A DNA stretch of 64,000 bases from assembly GCA_041158505.1 (NCBI GenBank), contig JBEBBG010000007.1:27879-91878 (forward strand), read 5' to 3'. Position numbers and translations under genes: made by a program. The notes under the pieces were generated by a model, which saw only the letters and a list, made by a program, of their open reading frames with translations, was not told the origin of the DNA and did not search any database. The stretch is from Candidatus Parcubacteria bacterium. Its GTDB lineage: Bacteria > Patescibacteriota > Minisyncoccia > Phycocordibacterales > JAACPR01. Of the stretch, positions 57,886 through 64,000 are shown in pieces. The first letter of the stretch is position 1; every line of letters begins with the position of its first letter.

Positions 57886-58584
57886 ATGAAAAGTGGCGAA
57901 CACTTCTATGGAGAAACTGGTAACGCAGCAGAGCGAGCACACTTTGGATCAACAGACCCCGTTGCTACTCGTTCATCTATTGAACGTCTGCTTACAGACA
58001 CCAAACAGTCACTCGAGCGCGCAGGCCGTGCAGCTGACTATCGCGCCAATGTGATTCCCAACCTACTCGATGGTATACAGCCGTACACTGATTTCCCTAA
58101 AAGTCTTGCCATCGCACGGAGATTACAGCAGCCAGGAAGCAATCCAGAGCAACCTAGTGCTGCCTACGCGCAAGCACTTCGTTCTCGAGTAGAACAGATT
58201 GTTCGTGCCATGAATCCACACGTCACGCGTGTCGCATTTTATACTGCATGCTCACCTGTCGAAATTAATGGCGTTCACATTCGTCTCAATGCTGACCAGT
58301 ACCACAGTACTGATGCGTTTCTTGATATTTTTGACAATGACCCAAAGCGCCCAAATCTCGACTTTCCTGAGCGACGCGCCACGATCACCATCGACGGCAC
58401 CATCAATCCGCATAAGGCAGACGACCAGAATTCAAAAGCAAACATTGTAACGCTCTTTCCTCAAAATCTAGATCCGCAAATTGACATTCGCTCTTTTCAA
58501 GAGTTTGTACATGGAGAAGCAACGAAAGTTGCAGAGCACTACGAAAGTATTACTGGAAAACGAAAACGTAGTGGAACTGCCTAA
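57886..58584 (+). CDS. Hypothetical protein (232 aa)
   Basis: The ORF only. Confidence 0.35.
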   Translation: MKSGEHFYGETGNAAERAHFGSTDPVATRSSIERLLTDTKQSLERAGRAADYRANVIPNLLDGIQPYTDFPKSLAIARRLQQPGSNPEQPSAAYAQALRSRVEQIVRAMNPHVTRVAFYTACSPVEINGVHIRLNADQYHSTDAFLDIFDNDPKRPNLDFPERRATITIDGTINPHKADDQNSKANIVTLFPQNLDPQIDIRSFQEFVHGEATKVAEHYESITGKRKRSGTA

Positions 58585-58613
58585 TCTTGACACATTGTTA
58601 TAAAAGAAGCATT

Positions 58614-59081
58614 ATGCAAGACAAATACATGAACTCTTCAGATCCCCACATCCCACCCAACGAAGCGTCTGTTGTTGCCCGAGCCTTCGGCACAACTGCG
58701 ATACTACCGCGTTTACCACGCGCATGGTTTAACAGTGCGCGGACTAAACATCCCGAACATGCAGTGCTCTACTGTACGCGCTGTGGTCAGATGTCTCGGG
58801 TACATCCAGACAAGGTCACCTCGTTACTTCAGCTCGTCATGGTTCCACCTGACATGCCTGACGAACAGGTGCCCACTGGGCACGATGTCCTCTTGCCGAG
58901 ATTTGATCCGGCAACGCAATACATTTGTGCAGCAAACACCTGCCCCACATGCATGGCAGGCGCTGACGAGCTCGCGCTGATACACCTCACCATCGACACG
59001 CCGGATGACACGATTCCCGAAGAAGATTCGGAAGACGAGGCCAGTGGTACTGCAGCTGAGGACAGCACAATCGTTGCGTAG
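58614..59081 (+). CDS. Hypothetical zinc-ribbon-like protein (CTRCG...CPTC)
   Basis: Two CxxC pairs. Confidence 0.35.
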   Translation: MQDKYMNSSDPHIPPNEASVVARAFGTTAILPRLPRAWFNSARTKHPEHAVLYCTRCGQMSRVHPDKVTSLLQLVMVPPDMPDEQVPTGHDVLLPRFDPATQYICAANTCPTCMAGADELALIHLTIDTPDDTIPEEDSEDEASGTAAEDSTIVA

Positions 59082-59189
59082 CACCGCCCCGGCTCGTCCG
59101 CAGGTGGTGTTTTTCTTTTAATATCGAAACTATCAACAACAAGCACTTTTTTGCGTGTAGGAGTCGTACACGAAATGTTGCTCGATACT

Positions 59190-59732
59190 TTATAATCCAA
59201 AGAAACCAATCAAGATGGTAGCAACCCAACTACATGCAGAAAGCGCGCCAGAAACAAGAAGCATGTGTTGCTCTGATTTCTGAAGCATCGCATATGGCCC
59301 AACGGTCGCCTTCTGCATAAGTTTTCCAATAAAGAGGCCGTTCAATACAAGCGTTGCTACAAATGCAAGCTTTGCATAGAAGAGAGGGTTTTCAAGCATC
59401 ACCGCCCACATTGGAATAGTGATCAGTGCTCCCGTAATGATGAGAAGTACTAAACCAATAGTGACAATCCAGTGGGTCCAAGCTAGTGTTTTTGCCGGAA
59501 GTGTTTGTTTTCGTCCAGTCATATACTGAAACCCCATGTGGTCAGCGTACAAAATGACAGGAGCAACGATAATGAGCAAAACAAGGTGCAATGTAATCAA
59601 GTCCATACTAGTTGAGTGAACCAATAAAGTATCCTTCGAGCGTACGTTCTGGTCGTGATTCGCCACCATGTTGCCCTTCAAACGTGCTCGTTCCATCCTT
59701 TCCACAAATACGTAGAATATTTTTGGCACCAC
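59190..59732 (-). CDS. Hypothetical membrane protein (start uncertain)
   Basis: Multiple TM helices. Confidence 0.35.
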   Translation of the reverse strand: MVPKIFYVFVERMERARLKGNMVANHDQNVRSKDTLLVHSTSMDLITLHLVLLIIVAPVILYADHMGFQYMTGRKQTLPAKTLAWTHWIVTIGLVLLIITGALITIPMWAVMLENPLFYAKLAFVATLVLNGLFIGKLMQKATVGPYAMLQKSEQHMLLVSGALSACSWVATILIGFFGL

Positions 59733-60159
59733 CTGGGTGACGTGAGATGTACGCGGTCAAATCGTATACATTGCCATTAATGATTGACCAGCACGACTGC
59801 TCTGAATTATGGAGCGCAACAGTCGCTGTCGTGTATCCTGTTTGTGCAGGCACAGGTTCTGGCTCAGGAGTAGGAGTTGGAGTAGGTGTTGGAGTAGGTG
59901 TTGGAGTAGGTGTTGGTGCTGGAGTAGGAGTCACCACAGGAGTCGAATCTGTGGGGGTCGAAGCTGGTTTTGCAACCGCGACTACTTCTGTTGTAGATGT
60001 CGCGATAGTCGCTGTTGTTGTAGCTACTTCTTCTGTTACAACAACGTCATCAAGTGGTCCATCAAGTGTCTTTGTTGCAAGTGGCGAAACAATAAAATAC
60101 GCACCAGTAAAAACCGCAAAGATAGCAATCACGCTACCAAGTAACCATTTTGTATTCAT
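59608..60159 (-). CDS. Cytochrome b5-like heme-binding domain protein with an N-terminal TM anchor and a (TP)n linker
   Basis: C-terminal VYDLTAYISRHPGGAKNILRICGKDGTSTFEGQHG (HPGG cyt-b5 motif). The linker is PTPAPTPTPTPTPTPTPTPEPEP. Confidence 0.65.
   Translation of the reverse strand: MNTKWLLGSVIAIFAVFTGAYFIVSPLATKTLDGPLDDVVVTEEVATTTATIATSTTEVVAVAKPASTPTDSTPVVTPTPAPTPTPTPTPTPTPTPTPEPEPVPAQTGYTTATVALHNSEQSCWSIINGNVYDLTAYISRHPGGAKNILRICGKDGTSTFEGQHGGESRPERTLEGYFIGSLN
59859..59931. repeat. Hexanucleotide microsatellite (GGAGTAGGTGTT units) encoding the (TP)n linker of the cytochrome-b5 protein
   Basis: Direct tandem repeats read from the sequence. Confidence 0.8.
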
Positions 60160-60179
60160 ACCAATTTAGTGTAACGCCC

Positions 60180-60560
60180 CTACCCCTGCACCTCAATCAC
60201 AAACCCGCCAACTGCCATGCGCTTCATATCGAATGGCATCTCCATTTTCTTGGTTGCATACTTCTCATCAAAGAATGCCATCACCTGCTTGTTCACCTTT
60301 TTTCGGTCTGCCTTTGATGCATACGTAATGTATGAAAACCACACTTCTTCATCTGGCTTTGCTTTTGCCATTTTTGGAAAGTTGAAGGTGACCTGATCAA
60401 GCATCATGTCATCTGCTCGACACTCTTTGTAATCAATCGCACCAAACTTCAACCACACCTGCGATGCCTCCTTTGCTATCTTTTTGTATGCGGCACGCTT
60501 GCTCTTTGGAATAGTGAGTACGAATCCGTCAACGTACATTTCTTTTTTATTTGTTGTCAT
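60180..60560 (-). CDS. DUF1428 (YbaA-like) protein
   Basis: MYVDGFVLTIPKSKRAAYKKIAKEASQVWLKFGAIDYKEC matches the DUF1428 N-terminus. Confidence 0.55.
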   Translation of the reverse strand: MTTNKKEMYVDGFVLTIPKSKRAAYKKIAKEASQVWLKFGAIDYKECRADDMMLDQVTFNFPKMAKAKPDEEVWFSYITYASKADRKKVNKQVMAFFDEKYATKKMEMPFDMKRMAVGGFVIEVQG

Positions 60561-60756
60561 GTGTCTATAGTACCAAACGATTTCGCACGACTCAAAAATC
60601 CTGTACTTTTATAGAATATGTGGTAAAAATACTCGCGACTATATCCTGCAGACCGAAACGGAAATCTCGGTATTGTGAGGTTCAGTTCTCTCACATACTG
60701 CAGGAAACGCTACAAAAAAACGGCTTTAGAAAGGAGCCACGCATAGAAATCAACCC

Positions 60757-61661
60757 ATGAGCACCCTGAAACTTCACAATGCAACCTGGCCCGGCATCGT
60801 CGGGAAAGGATTCGACGGAGGACAAGAATCCCCCATCTCCCTTGCCCGCATGATCGAACGTACCGCCGCGGCAGATGCTGACGGCGAATCGTTTGAGGGA
60901 ATCGACCTCATCCTGCAAGTGCCCCACATCGACCCGGATGGCGGTGAGGACGAACTGGACCGAGTGGCAGACCTCATCAATGGCGAGAACCTGAGCGTCG
61001 GCACCCTCGCCGCCCCCGTCTGGAGTCCCTACGGAGGATCCGCCATGGGAAGCGCCAAGGAACGCGATCGTTTTCTGGCGGCGGTCAAACGCGCCTGCGA
61101 GATTGCAGGCTTCTTCGACCACCACACGCACCGTACCAACAACGTCATCCGCATCGACTCCGCCGAATTCGGCATCAGCAAGTGGAAACGCAAACCCGCG
61201 GTTTACTCGCAACGCATCATCGATACGTTCCAGGAAGCAGCACGGATCGCCGAAGGTTACGGACAGCGGCTCGCTGCCGAAGGAGAAATCTGCTGGGCTG
61301 GTATGCACAGCTGGCGCGACATGCTCGACATCCTCGAAGGTGTGGACATGCCTGGACGCTTCGGTTTCCAAGCAGACCTCGCCCACACCTACCTCTACCT
61401 CCTCGGATACAACGCTCCGGAGCACGCACTGCTTGCACCCGGATACTCCGACGAGGAATTCTGGTCAGCGTACGAGATCATGACCGATGCGCCCAATACT
61501 GGCTCAAAGGGGCCGGTAAACGCCGCATCAAGCACATTTGCTGGGACGGCTGCATGTTCCCGAACGCAACGCTGGAAGACCAAAGTACCTGGAACAAGAT
61601 CCTCGATACGATGGTCGAGGTACGCTATGCGTACGAAGAAGAACGGAACTCCGATCAGTGA
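60757..61661 (+). pseudogene. Sugar phosphate isomerase/epimerase (TIM barrel), high GC, with an apparent 1-nt frameshift near 61495-61505
   Basis: The protein-like frame runs 60757 to ~61500 (...[10 protein letters not shown]). It then continues in the +2 frame ([28 protein letters not shown]...EEERNSDQ*), ending at 61661. The original frame past 61500 reads through a terminator and the antisense of the next gene. Confidence 0.55.
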
Positions 61662-61742
61662 CCGGCGAACCCATCCGAAAGCGTTCGCGCGTTTCCTGCG
61701 CAAACATTGGCACCGAGGCGATTCCGCCTTGGTGCTTTTTCT

Positions 61743-62198
61743 TTACACGAGCAATGTCGCCACAAACGCAATGATCAAATACGTGATGAGGTTATACGCC
61801 GCGTCTGAGAAAAATTTCTTCCACGCGAGTGATCCATCAACATTTGCCCAGAGCAAGTTCTGTCCAATCATTGGCACGGTGAACGCAAGCCAAATCATGA
61901 CAACATACGAGTAGGTCGCCTCTGCCGGTCCACCAGCATACACGGTGTACCATGTTACGAATCCAATAAAGAATGATGTAATAAACGAGAGCAACATCTG
62001 CAAGCTATACGTCTTCCACATCTTTGGTTTTGCGGCAGCCATGAGCGCATCCTTTTCTGCCGCTGAGAGCTTGTCAAACCCGAGAAATCGCATGTGCAAC
62101 TTCCCCATTGGAGTCTTGTCGTTGTACCATAGTGTTCCGGTAACTGCGCTAATAATCGCCCCGATAATGCCAATGATGATTGCTGTTGTCATGAACAT
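61743..62198 (-). CDS. DUF1761-like small membrane protein
   Basis: GTLWYNDKTPMGKLHMRFLGF and 4 TM helices. Confidence 0.45.
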   Translation of the reverse strand: MFMTTAIIIGIIGAIISAVTGTLWYNDKTPMGKLHMRFLGFDKLSAAEKDALMAAAKPKMWKTYSLQMLLSFITSFFIGFVTWYTVYAGGPAEATYSYVVMIWLAFTVPMIGQNLLWANVDGSLAWKKFFSDAAYNLITYLIIAFVATLLV

Positions 62199-62227
62199 AT
62201 TGTATCAAAATTGAAGTGTTTTTCGAA

Positions 62228-62536
62228 CTAGCTCGATATGTACTTCAACAGATTCCGTGTATCTTTATCCGTCTCCCAGTACGCGAGTATCTGCTGCCGA
62301 AGCTCCTGGTGCTGCGGGTAGCCAGTATCAGCAACTCCCTCGGGAAGCAAATCCCGGCACTCCACATTCAGCAAAGCGGTCAACGCTTCTTTCAGATCAT
62401 TGTATTTTTGTTTGCCCAACCGTTCTTCTTGAGTACTGCCAAATGCATACCAGGTATAGAAGTGCCAAAGCTTGTGCATCGCAGTCCTTCGTGGATGATG
62501 AAGACTTTTTTCATGGGATGTGTAGTAGTGTGCCAA
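62228..62536 (-). CDS. Hypothetical protein
   Basis: The ORF only. Confidence 0.3.
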   Translation of the reverse strand: MAHYYTSHEKSLHHPRRTAMHKLWHFYTWYAFGSTQEERLGKQKYNDLKEALTALLNVECRDLLPEGVADTGYPQHQELRQQILAYWETDKDTRNLLKYISS

Positions 62537-62625
62537 CAGCTTACACCTTTAGGTAGGGGTAGTATAGCAAAATGAGGGCACTTTAAAGAAAAAGGGGTGG
62601 GATATTCTTACCACCTCCCACTTGA

Positions 62626-63300
62626 TCACCGAGATCTCCGTTTCTTCATGAAGACATAGGTGACATTGTCACTTGTGGCTAGATAATCGGAGGTATCGAC
62701 ACGACCGGTACGAAACTCCCTACCCGTACCATCGGTGTAGAGTAATGCCTGCCGGGTTTTGCCGCGGGATCCCGAGCGCCTGTACGTGAAGTTGATAGGC
62801 TGATGCATGATAACCAACCCACCAAACAGACCTTCGACCTGACGGAATATTTCAGCATCACTCAGCGCAATGGCCAAGGCCAACTTTGGTGGAGGTACCC
62901 TGAGACCCAGGGTGAGTGCCAGAGACCGGATGTTTTTCTGACTCCGGTCACATTTCGGCAAGGTTGCCGCGGGGATACCCACCGGATAATACCATTTGGT
63001 ATCAGGGGTTTCCTCTGACGCCAACAGCGCCGGCAACATGTCGATCTCGTCATCATGCCAATATTCCGTGGTCTTTCTGTGGAAATAATCCCAGCTCCCG
63101 AATCGTTTTTGCAGATCCGCAAGATTGGTTGGAATATTTGCCGACACTCGTGGAAAATCAACGAGTTCGACTTGGATCTCGAGTTGTGTCGTCACCCGAC
63201 GCGTCGTCGAGCCTACTTGATCATGAATTGTTTTCAATGTTCCTCCTTTGGTTTTCAATTTGGTTCTTTTACCGTCAATAAAGTACCGTGCATTTTGAGA
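62626..63300 (-). CDS. Hypothetical protein (the ORF-track N-terminus runs into tRNA-Gln and is not credible; the true start is unknown)
   Basis: ORF 62626-63447 minus the part overlapping the tRNA. Confidence 0.3.
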   Translation of the reverse strand, partial: SQNARYFIDGKRTKLKTKGGTLKTIHDQVGSTTRRVTTQLEIQVELVDFPRVSANIPTNLADLQKRFGSWDYFHRKTTEYWHDDEIDMLPALLASEETPDTKWYYPVGIPAATLPKCDRSQKNIRSLALTLGLRVPPPKLALAIALSDAEIFRQVEGLFGGLVIMHQPINFTYRRSGSRGKTRQALLYTDGTGREFRTGRVDTSDYLATSDNVTYVFMKKRRSR

Positions 63301-63375
63301 GATGTCAATATCATGGAGAAAATGATTTACCATCACGAGCTGTGTACCGACGCAACACGTGCTACCTCTTGTTTG

Positions 63376-63446
63376 CTGCCCGACAAGGATTCGAACCTCG
63401 ATAGCCAGGACCAAAACCTGGAGTCCTACCATTAGACGATCGGGCA
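63376..63446 (-). tRNA. tRNA-Gln(UUG)
   Basis: The reverse complement folds as follows: acceptor UGCCCGA/UCGGGCA, D-arm GUCU-AAUGGUA-GGAC, anticodon stem CCAGG/CCUGG with loop UUUUGGU (anticodon UUG), and T-arm with GGUUCGAAUCC. Confidence 0.75.
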
Positions 63447-63462
63447 ATGTTTTTGTGTGGTC

Positions 63463-64000
63463 TTACTCCCCCGCAACGTTCACGAGCGCAAGCTCAAGTG
63501 GGAGCTGCGGCACCGCACTGCGCCCTACCATACCATGCGCGCTTAAGAGTTCCAAGAGTACCGCACTCGTTACTTTTGCACCCGCATCACTCGCAAGCTT
63601 CTTCAAAAACACCATGTCCTCCTCAGAAAATGAGTCCGTGAGCTGCTTCTCGCGAGACGCCGCAAATCGCAGCAAGAGCACTGCACGCACCTTTGCAAGT
63701 GATAGCTCCAGAAACACTTTCATGTCGATGTTTGCGTCTGCTGCTTGGCCAACAGCGGTTAGTCCTTGATCGAGCTTCCCATATGCGAGTGCTGCAACGT
63801 AGTCGTTCACGAGCTGTCCCTTTGGTGCCCCGGTCACACGCTCAACTTCATCGACGGTAATCGTTTTATCACCAGATGAGCTGAGCACCTTTTGCAAGGT
63901 ACTGTGCGCATCTCGAAATGACCCATCACCAAGGAGCGCAATCAAATCCGCAGCGCTAGCCTCGAGCGTACACCCCTCGGCCTTTGCCGTCTTCTTAATC
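63463..64000 (-). CDS. dnaX: DNA polymerase III subunit gamma/tau (clamp loader), 3' portion. The gene continues beyond the window end.
   Basis: The frame is open to the window edge. LLGDGSFRDAHSTLQKV matches the DnaX sensor-2 region (GDxRDALSLLDQ), followed by the DnaX C-terminal domain. Confidence 0.55.
   Translation of the reverse strand, partial: IKKTAKAEGCTLEASAADLIALLGDGSFRDAHSTLQKVLSSSGDKTITVDEVERVTGAPKGQLVNDYVAALAYGKLDQGLTAVGQAADANIDMKVFLELSLAKVRAVLLLRFAASREKQLTDSFSEEDMVFLKKLASDAGAKVTSAVLLELLSAHGMVGRSAVPQLPLELALVNVAGE

Noticed and set aside
63301-63447. N-terminal extension of ORF 62626-63447
   Set aside because: It overlaps tRNA-Gln(UUG) on the same strand, so the ORF cannot start there.

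Overview
This is a bacterial chromosomal segment of roughly 48-50% GC. Intrinsic terminators throughout share a distinctive U-tract (TTTTTCTTTTCTAC).

Housekeeping genes identified (coordinates in features):
- left end: priA C-terminus, def, fmt, cyclophilin PPIase, hpf/raiA, and a DUF167 gene
- middle: a PIF1/RecD-like helicase, an SPFH protein, a GNAT acetyltransferase, a histidine phosphatase, murA, murB, truB, gpmI, eno, a cdaA-cdaR fusion, a VanY-like M15 peptidase, lexA, mscL, PGI/PMI, a cyclase, a short 6PGDH and zwf
- right end: an RND efflux pump with its adaptor, an ABC-F ATPase, a Ca-binding TSP3-repeat protein, tRNA-Gln(UUG) and the 3' part of dnaX

The stretch between about 3.3 kb and 18.5 kb is an accessory, mostly low-GC island, which contains:
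- a tRNA-Asn(GUU) gene split by a 259-nt group I intron at 3362-3692
- a large serine recombinase whose 3' end overlaps the intron and 3' exon antisense
- an ATPase-protease-HTH operon on the minus strand (classic AAA+ ATPase with a C-terminal HTH, a 763-aa S8 subtilisin-like protease, and a terminase-small-subunit-like HTH protein), which is a candidate defence or abortive-infection module
- an integron-like array of at least 10 co-oriented small gene cassettes of heterogeneous GC (about 28-58%), each followed by an intrinsic terminator plus a conserved 32-34-nt motif CACTGGTTCGAGC-N6-(C/A)AGTCCGCGGAGC
- cassettes including an ANT/AadA-like nucleotidyltransferase, a DUF1905 protein and a tandem-duplicated secreted protein

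Other notable points:
- high-GC (60-65%) insertions: two small secreted proteins, and sugar-phosphate isomerase and Gfo/Idh/MocA genes, one of which is frameshifted
- murA fused to an N-terminal XRE helix-turn-helix
- a cytochrome-b5-domain protein with a (TP)n microsatellite linker
- two lysine-rich mini-ORFs missed by the ORF track
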